Of a stretch of 61,077 nucleotides of DNA, positions 40,874 to 49,236 are shown piece after piece. Within the stretch, counting starts at the first letter, position 1; each line of letters begins with the position of its first letter. The notes under the pieces are model-generated. The model was not told where the DNA came from, did not search any database, and saw nothing but the letters and a program-made list of their open reading frames with translations. This stretch comes from an uncultured Candidatus Saccharibacteria bacterium. Its GTDB lineage: Bacteria; Patescibacteriota; Minisyncoccia; Phycocordibacterales; UBA2100. The translations under genes were made by a program, and so were the position numbers. The stretch spans positions 1 through 61,077 of the forward strand of contig CAZHOB010000004.1 in the NCBI GenBank assembly GCA_964534465.1, given 5' to 3'.

Positions 40874-42691
40874 ATGTTCGTACTTCCCGCCAAGATCTGG
40901 CGCAGGGCCGGCGAGACATTCGCCGCGCTGAAAGAGGTATTCAAACTTATCGCTTCGATAGACCGAAAGCTCATGTGGTATCAGTGGGGAGCCGCTTTCG
41001 GGAGCGCGCTCGTCACCATGGGCTCGTTCCTCGCAGCGGGGTATCTCATGTCGTACATGAGCGGCCTCGTCATCACGCCGCTCATACTCGTGTTGTTCAT
41101 CGTATACAACATGATGCCGGTCGTTCACGCGCTGAGCTTGGGAAATTATCGCGAATACCGTCAGCATATATTCAATCGCAGCATTTGGGTCACGATCGAT
41201 CAGTGGCGTTTGAAGAAACATCTGAGCCTCGACATTGCGAAGCTCGTATCGCCCGAATTCCTGAAAGCTAAAGTGATGGTCGACCGGCGCGGGCACTCCG
41301 CTCCTGTCACGATGTGGCAACAGGCGATATTACTCGCACGCTCCGCAGTCCAGCTCATCGTCGGAAGTATCGCGCTTTTCATGACGGTGCCCGCGCTTAT
41401 GGCGCTTGTCGTCGCACCGGTCCTCGTCGCCATCGTCATGCGGTGGCGCTCACAGGCTTTCGCCCGTGACGTGGAGGAAAAGGAACTCGTCACGCGGTGG
41501 CAGCAGGGCCACACGCTTTGGGAACTCACGAATCATCAGTACGGCTTCCAAATGCGTCTCATGGGCCTGCGAAAATTGCTCGAAGAGCGCTATCATAGCT
41601 TCACGGAAGAATTGCTTGCCAACAACAAGCGCGTCGCGATGTACAACGTGAAGGGCAATACGATCGTATATGCGCTGAATTTCGTGTGTCTCGGCATCTT
41701 CTGGGCGTTCTTCTCGAAGGGCATGCTCGCCAATGTGTACACGTTCACACAGATAGGAGCCATCGTCGGCGGGTATCATCTCGTGTACAACGCGATGCGT
41801 GATTTCGGCTTTGCTATTGCACAGCTCGATCATACGGCTGTGGATTTCGGCTACCTGCAGACATTCCTTGGGATGAAACCCATTCTCAAAGAGGAAAAGG
41901 CCAAGGCGATAGAGTTGGAGCATACGCCCAAGATAGAGATCAAAGACGTCTTTTTCCGCTACCCGAAACTCGAAGACGATGACCATGAGCGGCCGCTGGT
42001 TTTGAAAGGCGCATCCCTCACCATCGAGGCGGGGGATAAGATAGCCTTCGTCGGACTCAATGGCTCCGGCAAAACGACTCTCTGTCAGCTCTTGGCCAAT
42101 GTGTATCATCCGACCGACGGCCATATCCTGATCGACGGGAAACCGCTTTCGCTCATCAAACAAGATTCGTGGCACGAACACGTCTTCTATCTCCAGCAAA
42201 ACCCGCGCATCCCCGAACTCCTCTTGGAGCAGGCGATGACGGGCGACCAGCCGGGAGAAGTGGATGTGCCGCGTTTGCAGAAGGCTCTCAAGTACGCCTT
42301 TGCCGACAATCTCGTGGACGGTCTCGAAGAAAAATTGAAGACGTGGCTCGGACGGCAGTGGCCCGGCGGAAGAGATTTTTCCACCGGTCAGTACCAGCGC
42401 CTCTGCATCACGCTCGTCTTCTACCGACTGCTCCATCCGAAAACGCGGATAGCGATATTCGACGAGCCGATGGCGAATTGCGATTATGAGACGCGCGACA
42501 GGTTTTATCCGGCAGTGACGGGTTCGCCCGATTTTGCCGACAAGACCATCATCACGATCTCTCACGACAAAGAGTACCTGCGCCTCTTCCCACGCATTGT
42601 GGACTTCGAGGACGGCAAGGTGCGCCGCGACATGAAAGATCAGGCGACACGGCAAGGTTCGGAGCCGATACCATTTCGGCCCAAATCATAA
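40874..42691 (+). CDS. ABC exporter, fused permease and ATPase (MsbA/bacteriocin-exporter architecture without a peptidase domain)
   Basis: AGGAG SD. N-terminal ~330 aa carry TM helices. Walker A GLNGSGKTT, signature FSTGQYQRL, Walker B IAIFDEP. Confidence 0.85.
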   Translation: MFVLPAKIWRRAGETFAALKEVFKLIASIDRKLMWYQWGAAFGSALVTMGSFLAAGYLMSYMSGLVITPLILVLFIVYNMMPVVHALSLGNYREYRQHIFNRSIWVTIDQWRLKKHLSLDIAKLVSPEFLKAKVMVDRRGHSAPVTMWQQAILLARSAVQLIVGSIALFMTVPALMALVVAPVLVAIVMRWRSQAFARDVEEKELVTRWQQGHTLWELTNHQYGFQMRLMGLRKLLEERYHSFTEELLANNKRVAMYNVKGNTIVYALNFVCLGIFWAFFSKGMLANVYTFTQIGAIVGGYHLVYNAMRDFGFAIAQLDHTAVDFGYLQTFLGMKPILKEEKAKAIELEHTPKIEIKDVFFRYPKLEDDDHERPLVLKGASLTIEAGDKIAFVGLNGSGKTTLCQLLANVYHPTDGHILIDGKPLSLIKQDSWHEHVFYLQQNPRIPELLLEQAMTGDQPGEVDVPRLQKALKYAFADNLVDGLEEKLKTWLGRQWPGGRDFSTGQYQRLCITLVFYRLLHPKTRIAIFDEPMANCDYETRDRFYPAVTGSPDFADKTIITISHDKEYLRLFPRIVDFEDGKVRRDMKDQATRQGSEPIPFRPKS

Positions 42692-42705
42692 GCAAAGCTT
42701 TTTGC

Positions 42706-42755
42706 GACGTCACTCGGAGAAAGTGAGAGCCAGCTCTCACTTTGCTCCTCGCTAG
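42706..42755 (+). repeat. ~50-nt repeat, copy 2
   Basis: gacgtcactcggagaaagtgagagccagctctcactttgctcctcgctag, compare 37662-37710. Followed by an AT-rich stretch and the terminator at 42778-42806. Confidence 0.7.
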
Positions 42756-42777
42756 TCGCAATAAAAATAATAAAAAA

Positions 42778-42806
42778 TAGCGGCGGAACACTTCGTGTTC
42801 CGCCGC
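42778..42806. terminator. Bidirectional terminator
   Basis: agcggcggaacac-ttc-gtgttccgccgct, between convergent genes. Confidence 0.65.
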
Positions 42807-42826
42807 TTCTCTTTGAACGAGCATTG

Positions 42827-43054
42827 TCAGATAGCCTTACCTCTCAAAACCGCAGCTGCAAAATTCTCTGCAGAACCGGCTGCTTCCAGTCTTCGTATCG
42901 CCGGAGCGATAAGCCCGTCGGCGAATTTTTTCTCGTCGCCCACGGTGCCCTCGACCAGATGCTGATACGCGTGACGCAGATCCGCCAAAATTTGCTCGTA
43001 GTTTGAGCCACTCAGCATGACTGGCTCGTGGGAGCCGATGCGTACTTGTGCCAT
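42827..43054 (-). CDS. Small protein (75 aa), paralogue B of a tandem pair
   Basis: AAGGAG SD. MAQVRIGSHEPVMLSGSNYEQILADLRHAYQHLVEG...LIAPAIRRLEAAGSAENF. Confidence 0.5.
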   Translation of the reverse strand: MAQVRIGSHEPVMLSGSNYEQILADLRHAYQHLVEGTVGDEKKFADGLIAPAIRRLEAAGSAENFAAAVLRGKAI

Positions 43055-43064
43055 GTCTTTCTCC

Positions 43065-43340
43065 TTATGCCCCGCCCGATTCCATGCGCTTCTGCAGGGG
43101 AGTGAGCGTACTCTCGTCCCGCGGGTGGTCTTGCTTGTGCCGGAAGTATGCCTCGTTGGCTTCGGCCGCCTCGAGTTCCCGAATTGCCGGCGTGATATGA
43201 AGTGCAGCAAGCTCATTCGTGTCGTGAACGGTATTTGCCACCATCCGCTGCTCCAGGGTTCTCAAGTGCTCCAATACGCGAGCGAAGCCCGCACCCTTCA
43301 TCGTAATCGATGGGCTATAACCGTCTCCCATTCTTGCCAT
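43065..43340 (-). CDS. Small protein (91 aa), paralogue A of a tandem pair
   Basis: GAGGAGGA SD. MARMGDGYSPSITMKGAGFARVLEHLRTLEQRMVAN...HITPAIRELEAAEANEAYF. Shares the (I/T)PAIR(R/E)LEAA block with 42827..43054. Confidence 0.5.
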   Translation of the reverse strand: MARMGDGYSPSITMKGAGFARVLEHLRTLEQRMVANTVHDTNELAALHITPAIRELEAAEANEAYFRHKQDHPRDESTLTPLQKRMESGGA

Positions 43341-43385
43341 GGGTTCCTCCTCTGACTGGGCCATGTATATCAGAGGCGCGCTTCT

Positions 43386-43414
43386 TTGACAATCGGCCCT
43401 CTTTCCTATACATT
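43386..43414 (+). promoter_or_regulatory. Candidate promoter re-initiating the rpsS-rplE block
   Basis: TTGACA-17 nt-TACATT. Followed by the hairpin aacgcc-gcga-ggcgtt and TTTT before the rpsS ATG. Confidence 0.5.
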
Positions 43415-43452
43415 GTGCGAACGCCGCGAGGCGTTTTTAATTGATACTTGGT

Positions 43453-43803
43453 ATGTCACGCTCAGTAAAGAAGGGTCCCTATGTGGACGCAAAGCTGATG
43501 AAAAAAGTCGGCGCTCGCAAATCGGGCGCGGGTGCTATCAAGACGTGGGCGCGTGCCTCGCAGATCGCTCCAGAGTTCGTCGGCTACACATTTGCAGTCC
43601 ACACAGGCAACAAATTCGATGACGTGTTCGTTACCGAAGACATGGTCGGGCACCGACTCGGCGAATTCGCTCCTACCACCAGGTTCATCCGTCACGGAGG
43701 CAAGATGCAGAAGGAGGCCGAGATGGCCGCGAAGGCGCAAGAGATCGCCGCTGCACAAGCCGCCAAGGGCACTGCAGCCGATACCAAAGCTGCCAAAAAA
43801 TAA
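43453..43803 (+). CDS. rpsS: 30S ribosomal protein S19 with an Ala/Lys-rich C-terminal extension
   Basis: [19 protein letters not shown]...[37 protein letters not shown], then [33 protein letters not shown]. Confidence 0.93.
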   Translation: MSRSVKKGPYVDAKLMKKVGARKSGAGAIKTWARASQIAPEFVGYTFAVHTGNKFDDVFVTEDMVGHRLGEFAPTTRFIRHGGKMQKEAEMAAKAQEIAAAQAAKGTAADTKAAKK

Positions 43804-43806
43804 TCT

Positions 43807-44178
43807 ATGAAGGCCACGCTCACCAATTATCACCAATCACCGCGCAAGGTCCGCCTTGTCGCAGATCTTATCCGTGGCAAGAGCGTGCCGGCTGCCAAGG
43901 CCGCTTTGATGTTCCTCAACAAGAAATCATCTCCGGCCATCGAGAAGCTGCTTGATTCGGCTGTCGCCAATGCCCGTCAGGTCGGTGCCAAGCCCGAAGA
44001 CCTTTTCGTAAAGAAAGTTACCGTCGACAAGGGCCTCGTGATGCGCCGCTCACGCCCTTTTGCGCGCGGCCGCGCCGGCGCAGTGCGCAAGACCATGAGC
44101 ATTGTATTTCTTGAACTCGGCCAGTCAGTCGTGAAGCCTGCTAAAAAGTCGCGCGCCAAGAAAGTAGCAACCAAATAG
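43807..44178 (+). CDS. rplV: 50S ribosomal protein L22
   Basis: MKATLTNYHQSPRKVRLVADLIRGKSVPAAKAALMFLNKK...RSRPFARGRAGAVRKTMS. Confidence 0.93.
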   Translation: MKATLTNYHQSPRKVRLVADLIRGKSVPAAKAALMFLNKKSSPAIEKLLDSAVANARQVGAKPEDLFVKKVTVDKGLVMRRSRPFARGRAGAVRKTMSIVFLELGQSVVKPAKKSRAKKVATK

Positions 44179-44181
44179 AAT

Positions 44182-44859
44182 ATGACACACACAGTACATC
44201 CATACGCACATCGATTGGGAATTATCCGCGACTGGAAATCGCGCTGGTTTGCGAAGACGCCAGCCAAATACCGTGAGAACGTCATGGTCGATTCTGCTAT
44301 CCGCCGTTTCCTCAAGAAGCGCTTGCGCGGTCATTACGTCACTTCGGTGGAGATCGAGCGCAATGAAAAGGCTATCCGTATTCTCATCAAGACATCCCGT
44401 CCGGGTCTCGTCATCGGCCGCGGCGGAGAGGGAAGCACGAAGCTCACCAAAGATATCGAACGCATCATCATGAAAGTGCCGAAGGCCGAGCGCAAAGCAG
44501 TGAGGCTCGATATCGAAGAGGTGCGCTCTCCGGAAGCACAATCGGCCGTCGTCGCATACATGATCGCCGAAGGACTGGAGAAGCGTCAGACCTTCCGCCG
44601 CGTGTTGAAGCAAACAGTGGAGAAGGTGATGGCCAACCGCGATGTGCAGGGCGTGCGCATCGCCATCGCCGGACGCCTCGGTGGCGCCGAAATGTCCCGT
44701 ACTGAAGAGATCAAGCGCGGCCGCGTGCCGCTCCAGACACTTCGCGCGGACATCGATTTTGCGCGCGAGATGGCATACCTCCCGTACGGCGTTATCGGCA
44801 TCAAGGTCTGGATCTACCGCGGTGAAATTTTCGCCGACGACAAAAAGCGCAATAAGTAA
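44182..44859 (+). CDS. rpsC: 30S ribosomal protein S3
   Basis: MTHTVHPYAHRLGIIRDWKSRWFA...RPGLVIGRGGEG...GRLGGAEMSRTE. Confidence 0.95.
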   Translation: MTHTVHPYAHRLGIIRDWKSRWFAKTPAKYRENVMVDSAIRRFLKKRLRGHYVTSVEIERNEKAIRILIKTSRPGLVIGRGGEGSTKLTKDIERIIMKVPKAERKAVRLDIEEVRSPEAQSAVVAYMIAEGLEKRQTFRRVLKQTVEKVMANRDVQGVRIAIAGRLGGAEMSRTEEIKRGRVPLQTLRADIDFAREMAYLPYGVIGIKVWIYRGEIFADDKKRNK

Positions 44860-44862
44860 TCT

Positions 44863-45285
44863 ATGTTGGCACCCAAAAAAGCAAAATTCCGAAAATGGCA
44901 GCGCGGTCGCAAAAATCACGGCCTCATGGCGCGTCCTGACACGCGCGGTCTCACCGTGGCTTTTGGGTCATTCGGTCTCAAGGCCATGACACCCGCTCGC
45001 ATTCGTTCCAATCAGATAGAGGCTGCCCGCCGCGCGCTTCATCGCGCCGGTGGCAAGAGCGCCAAGGTGTGGGTGCGCATTTTCCCCGATCGTCCGTGGA
45101 CACAAAAAGCAGCCGAAGTAGGCATGGGTAGCGGTAAGGGCGATGTGCAAGGTTACGAAGTGGAAGTGCGCCCCGGCCGCATCATCTTCGAGATCGACGG
45201 CGCGCCGGAGGATATGGCACGCGAGGCGCTCCGTAAGGCCGGCACCAAGCTCCCGCTCAAGGCGAAAGTCGTCGCACGTCAATAG
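44863..45285 (+). CDS. rplP: 50S ribosomal protein L16
   Basis: MLAPKKAKFRKWQRGR...IEAARRALHRAGGKSAKVWVRIFPDRPWTQKAAEVGMGSGKG. Confidence 0.95.
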   Translation: MLAPKKAKFRKWQRGRKNHGLMARPDTRGLTVAFGSFGLKAMTPARIRSNQIEAARRALHRAGGKSAKVWVRIFPDRPWTQKAAEVGMGSGKGDVQGYEVEVRPGRIIFEIDGAPEDMAREALRKAGTKLPLKAKVVARQ

Positions 45286-45312
45286 TTCGACATGGCGCAC
45301 TATAAATAATCT

Positions 45313-45531
45313 ATGGATTTCAAGACCTACACAGTAGAAGACCTCAACAAATTCGTCTCCGACAAGCGCGAGGCGCTCCGCGAATTTCGCTTCGGCGGCG
45401 CAGGCAGTCGCAGCCGCAACGTCCGCGAGGGTCGCACACTCCGCAAAGACATCGCACGCGCTCTGACTGAAATTCGAGCACGAGACCTCTCTGCCGCAGC
45501 AGACGTTGCCTCAAAGGCCAAGAAGGCGTAA
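45313..45531 (+). CDS. rpmC: 50S ribosomal protein L29
   Basis: Position between L16 and S17. LNKFVSDKREALREFRFGGAGSRSRNVREGRTLRKDIARALT. Confidence 0.85.
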   Translation: MDFKTYTVEDLNKFVSDKREALREFRFGGAGSRSRNVREGRTLRKDIARALTEIRARDLSAAADVASKAKKA

Positions 45532-45545
45532 TATCACTTTTTCGT

Positions 45546-45791
45546 ATGATTGAAACTTCAAGCACACAGGGTAAATTCTTCGAGGGCGTCGTCGTCAAGA
45601 CGGCGATGAAAGACACATGTACCGTCTCGGTGGAGCGCTACGTGAAGCACCCGAAATACCAGAAGTTCCTACGCCGCTCGAAGAAGTTCCTCGTCCACGA
45701 TCCGGGCAACAAGCTCACTGTCGGGCAGAAGGTCACCATCAAGGAGGTGCGCCCTATTTCCAAGCTCAAGCGCTTCATCGTCGCTGAATAA
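45546..45791 (+). CDS. rpsQ: 30S ribosomal protein S17
   Basis: GVVVKTAMKDTCTVSVERYVKHPKYQKFLRRSKKFLVHDPGNKLTVGQKVTIKEVRPISKLKRF. Confidence 0.93.
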   Translation: MIETSSTQGKFFEGVVVKTAMKDTCTVSVERYVKHPKYQKFLRRSKKFLVHDPGNKLTVGQKVTIKEVRPISKLKRFIVAE

Positions 45792-45796
45792 TTTGT

Positions 45797-46177
45797 ATGT
45801 TGCAAGATCGCTCACTCGTCAAAATAGCGGACAATTCAGGCGGCATCATCGGTCGTGTCTTCAAGATATTGGGCGGCTCCAAGGCGCGTTATGCCGGCAT
45901 CGGAGAAGAGGTGGTCATTTCTATCCAGACAGCCCAGCCGCGCAAGACTGTGAAGAAGAAGGAAGTGCATCGCGCCGTCGTCGTCCGCCAGACCAAACCT
46001 TTCCGCCGCAAGGACGGCTCGTACGTGCGTTTCGATGAAAATGCAGTCGTGCTCGTCGTTGGCTCCGGCAAAGAACCCAAAGAACCCAAGGCCAATCGCG
46101 TATTCGGTCCCATCCCGCGTGAAGTCGTCGAAGCGGGCTACCAAAAGATCGGTTCGCTCGCGCCCGAGATCGTCTAA
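45797..46177 (+). CDS. rplN: 50S ribosomal protein L14
   Basis: MLQDRSLVKIADNSGG...AVVVRQTKPFRRKDGSYVRFDENAVVLV. Confidence 0.95.
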   Translation: MLQDRSLVKIADNSGGIIGRVFKILGGSKARYAGIGEEVVISIQTAQPRKTVKKKEVHRAVVVRQTKPFRRKDGSYVRFDENAVVLVVGSGKEPKEPKANRVFGPIPREVVEAGYQKIGSLAPEIV

Positions 46178-46180
46178 TCT

Positions 46181-46492
46181 ATGAAACTTCGCAAAGGAGA
46201 CAAAGTAATAGTTATCGCGGGCAAGGCTCGTGGCCAGACGAGCACTATCGTGCGCGTGCTGCGGAAGTCCGACATGGTCTTGCTCGACGGCGTTAATCTG
46301 GTTAAGCGTCACCGCCGCCCGAGCGCACAGAATCGCAAAGGTCAGATCATAGATAAACCGATGCCTATCCACGCGTCCAATGTCATGCTCGTGGATCCGA
46401 AGACTGGCAAGCCGACCCGCATCAAGATAGTGCGCGATGAGAAGGGTGGCCGCACACGCGTCGCGGTCAAAAGCGGCAATGAGCTGAAATAG
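46181..46492 (+). CDS. rplX: 50S ribosomal protein L24
   Basis: MKLRKGDKVIVIAGKARGQTSTIVRVL...KPMPIHASNVMLVDPKTGKPTRI. Confidence 0.93.
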   Translation: MKLRKGDKVIVIAGKARGQTSTIVRVLRKSDMVLLDGVNLVKRHRRPSAQNRKGQIIDKPMPIHASNVMLVDPKTGKPTRIKIVRDEKGGRTRVAVKSGNELK

Positions 46493-46526
46493 TTTGAAAA
46501 TTGCAAATTAAAAATTGAAAATTCGT

Positions 46527-47081
46527 ATGACCACAGCAACCCTCACCACCCACAAGAAAACCTTCGACTCTCTGAAGTCCGACTTTGGATATAAGAACGT
46601 GATGCAGGCTCCGCGCGTGCAGAAGATCGTCGTTTCCACAGGCGTCGGCAAGGTGAATAAGGACAAGAAGCGCATGGAGCTCGTGGTAGATCGCCTCGCC
46701 GCTATCACCGGCCAAGCGCCCGCTCCCCGTGGCAGCAAAAAGTCCATCGCCAATTTCAAGAGCCGCGTCGGCGACATCGTCGGCTACCAGGTCACGCTCC
46801 GGGGGAGTCGCATGCAGGCATTTTTGGATAAACTTGTGCACGTCGTCTTTCCGCGCGTCAAAGATTTCCGCGGCATCAAGCCGAGCTCCATCGATGAAAT
46901 GGGGAATATCTCCCTCGGATTCAAGGAGCACACCGTTTTCCCCGAGACCTCTGATGAGGATGCCAAGGACATCTTCGGCCTCGCCATCACCATCACGACC
47001 ACCGCCAAGAACAAAAAAGAGGCCGAAGCGTTCCTTCGCCACATCGGCTTGCCGCTGCGCGAAGCTGAAGCCAAGAAATAA
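46527..47081 (+). CDS. rplE: 50S ribosomal protein L5
   Basis: GYKNVMQAPRVQKIVVSTGVG...FDKLVHVVFPRVKDFRGI...GNISLGFKEHTVFPE. The ATG at 46527 is preferred over the TTG at 46515. Confidence 0.93.
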   Translation: MTTATLTTHKKTFDSLKSDFGYKNVMQAPRVQKIVVSTGVGKVNKDKKRMELVVDRLAAITGQAPAPRGSKKSIANFKSRVGDIVGYQVTLRGSRMQAFLDKLVHVVFPRVKDFRGIKPSSIDEMGNISLGFKEHTVFPETSDEDAKDIFGLAITITTTAKNKKEAEAFLRHIGLPLREAEAKK

Positions 47082-47089
47082 GCTCAAAG

Positions 47090-47118
47090 AAAACGACCAC
47101 CGCGAGGTGGTCGTTTTT
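47090..47118. terminator. Bidirectional terminator after rplE
   Basis: aaaacgaccacc-gcga-ggtggtcgttttt. Confidence 0.7.
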
Positions 47119-47128
47119 GTTGAAAGCG

Positions 47129-47485
47129 CTACTTGGTCTTACGACGAGGGAAAGGCGGCTCTTTGGTCAGGAGCCATGCCAGTCCGGTGCCAAGACACAC
47201 TATAAAGCCGACGATGCCGACAAGGAGCATAACGACAACTAAGTTTACGATCGCGTTGTACTCATTCCATGGTTGGAATAGGTCGTTGATGCGGTAATTA
47301 TGGAAGAGTCCGTACCAGTCCATGTCTGCGCCGACCGTCACGAAGGGGAACAAGAACCACGCGGCGCTGGTCGCGAGTGCGATTACCCAGCAGGTTTTCT
47401 TGAACCGCAGTAAAGCGGCAACGATGATGCCAAGGAGGCCGAAAAGTGCAATGCTGGCAACTAGGGTTTGCCCAATAACTTCCAT
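47129..47485 (-). CDS. Integral membrane protein (118 aa, ~4 TM)
   Basis: Hydrophobic ORF, convergent with rplE and sharing its terminator. Confidence 0.55.
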   Translation of the reverse strand: MEVIGQTLVASIALFGLLGIIVAALLRFKKTCWVIALATSAAWFLFPFVTVGADMDWYGLFHNYRINDLFQPWNEYNAIVNLVVVMLLVGIVGFIVCLGTGLAWLLTKEPPFPRRKTK

Positions 47486-47586
47486 CCGTTTTCTCCAATG
47501 TTTCTAGCTGACCAAATTATATGCCTCTTTTGCAATGCTGCGGTAGTTGTGTACTATCATCGCAGCACAACAGACAGGAGTGTGTA

Positions 47587-47853
47587 ATGAAACCCGCGGT
47601 CTTCGTAGTTCTCGGACTTCTTTGCTTCTCGTTACTCGTCATCGGCGGCTTGGTGATTGGCGCAAGAGGCATGGCTTCGACGCCTTGCCAGATCAAGGAC
47701 TTTGGCGCCGGCGTGTACAAGTTTGCTTGCACCGGCGACAAATTCGATGCGGCGCTCGCGAAGTGGCGTGGACTTGACGAGAATGTATTCGCAGTTATCG
47801 AGCACGTTGTGCTCGACCAGCGAGGCGGCTGGCTCGTCATCGTTCGATACTGA
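47587..47853 (+). CDS. Small membrane-anchored C-x(n)-C protein, family member 2 of 4
   Basis: AGGAG SD, with promoter-like TTGCAA-16 nt-TACTAT upstream. TM helix, then PCQIKDFGAGVYKFACTGDKFDAALA...GGWLVIVRY. Terminator at 47862-47896. Confidence 0.65.
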   Translation: MKPAVFVVLGLLCFSLLVIGGLVIGARGMASTPCQIKDFGAGVYKFACTGDKFDAALAKWRGLDENVFAVIEHVVLDQRGGWLVIVRY

Positions 47854-47936
47854 AATAAAAAGTCCCGCGTATCGTCGCGGGCTTTCTTTTTGCCGAGCCT
47901 TATGTATTATCGGGGCAGCGCAACGGAGAAGTAGCC

Positions 47937-48200
47937 ATGTCCATGAAAGTCCTCTACGCTGCCGTGTTCGGAATCGTCGCCTTTTTTGGCCTGGTCATAT
48001 TTTTGGCCTACAAATACGACCAAGCGAAAGCACAAAGACCGTGTGTGGTCTCGGAGCTTGGCGGTGGCGTCGTCACGTTCAAGTGTCACCCCAAACAACT
48101 CCCGGCTGCTCTTGGCGAATATGCCGAGAAGCACAAAGTGCAGGTCTCCGACTACAGATACAACGATTTTGTGGGTGGCTGGGTAGCCATCGTGCATTGA
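47937..48200 (+). CDS. Small membrane-anchored C-x(n)-C protein, family member 3 of 4
   Basis: GGAGA SD. TM helix, then PCVVSELGGGVVTFKCHPKQLPAALG...GGWVAIVH. Terminator at 48213-48240. Confidence 0.65.
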   Translation: MSMKVLYAAVFGIVAFFGLVIFLAYKYDQAKAQRPCVVSELGGGVVTFKCHPKQLPAALGEYAEKHKVQVSDYRYNDFVGGWVAIVH

Positions 48201-48408
48201 GTTCCTCAAATCAAAAGCCCCGTGAATCTCTCGGGGCTTCGTTTTATGTCGGTCTCAAGTTCGAGCGCGCCTACGATAGGCGATCACCTTGCGTTCTTCA
48301 GCTTTTGACAATCGTCGCGATATATTCAACCATGCCCGCTCGACCGGTCGAAAAGAAAGAACGACCGCTGCGAGATTATACTGCAATTAGTAGACACTGG
48401 AGGTCATC

Positions 48409-48639
48409 ATGCACGGTTCGCTCTATACCATCATGTCGGAAGTGAGGCCAAGCCTCGCGGATGCCGCGCGCATTCTCAATGTTCCGGAAAGCGCACTCGA
48501 CACGGTGTTCGGCATCATCCTGCTCGACCCGGAGAAACATTTGTATTGCGTGCTCATTTCCGGCGATGTCGTTGCCCCCGAGCCTCTCCACATGAGCGTA
48601 CAAGGACCCTTTGGCAACGAACGTATCGTCGAGGTCTAA
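48409..48639 (+). CDS. Hypothetical small protein (76 aa)
   Basis: GGAGG lies 6 nt upstream of the ATG. No TM helix and no recognisable motif. Confidence 0.5.
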   Translation: MHGSLYTIMSEVRPSLADAARILNVPESALDTVFGIILLDPEKHLYCVLISGDVVAPEPLHMSVQGPFGNERIVEV

Positions 48640-48700
48640 TTGACCACGCATACCTTCTCATGTATGAATCCATCAGGCATCGCAACGACAGGAGCTACAG

Positions 48701-48937
48701 ATGAACTATTGGGTGCTTTTGGGAATGGTCGCATTGACCGTGTTCGCTGCGTTTAATATCAAGGCGGATAGGGCGGCAGCCGATCGCCCGTGCGTCGTCA
48801 AGGATTTTGGCGAAGGCGTGTACAAGTTCTACTGCGACGGCGACAAGTTCGCCACAGCGCTCGGCGCGTTCAAAATGAAGGTCGACAAGGTCGTACCTGA
48901 CCACGTCGAAGGCGGCTACATCATCATCGTTCGCTGA
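48701..48937 (+). CDS. Small membrane-anchored C-x(n)-C protein, family member 4 of 4
   Basis: AGGAG SD. TM helix, then PCVVKDFGEGVYKFYCDGDKFATALG...GGYIIIVR. The terminator at 48941-48968 is almost identical to the one at 48213-48240. Confidence 0.65.
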   Translation: MNYWVLLGMVALTVFAAFNIKADRAAADRPCVVKDFGEGVYKFYCDGDKFATALGAFKMKVDKVVPDHVEGGYIIIVR

Positions 48938-48988
48938 ACAAAAAGCCCCGTGAATCTCACGGGGCTTCGTTTATGCCATGCTGTTGGT

Positions 48989-49129
48989 TCATTCTCTGGA
49001 AAACAGAGGCTTTCGCCCGCCGCGCCGCAAGAAATAGTTGATCACTTTCACACCGGTGACTAGCAGGATTGCCGCTCCAGTCCAGAGCAGTACGAACAAC
49101 AAAAAAAGTGCCAGCAAGCTAAAGATCAT
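48989..49129 (-). CDS. 46-aa single-TM protein
   Basis: GGAGG lies 8 nt upstream of the ATG on the minus strand. MIFSLLALFLLFVLLWTGAAILLVTGVKVINYFLRRGGRKPLFSRE. Confidence 0.4.
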   Translation of the reverse strand: MIFSLLALFLLFVLLWTGAAILLVTGVKVINYFLRRGGRKPLFSRE

Positions 49130-49236
49130 CTGTAATTCCTCCGTTGAGCTGTTGCTACTATAGCAAAAATTGCCCAAGCTTGCGCAAGCGAGGACCCTGT
49201 TGTAGGGTTTTGCCAGTTAGCAGAAGGATCAGGAAA

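Noticed and set aside
44125-44919. 264-aa minus-strand ORF, and similar ones at 45836..46372, 46467..47087, 51591..52307, 52410..53033, 52660..53523 and 53554..54138
   Set aside because: All lie antisense to unmistakable ribosomal-protein or secY genes. They are the long shadow ORFs expected in GC-rich DNA, with no start signals or motifs.
45286-45312. Mini-ORF ATGGCGCACTATAAATAA (MAHYK*) between rplP and rpmC, and the TAATCTATG 9-mer at three gene junctions (43801, 44857, 46175) plus after this mini-ORF before rpmC (45307)
   Set aside because: This is most simply explained as translational-coupling spacers of the operon. Five codons are too few to argue for a gene.
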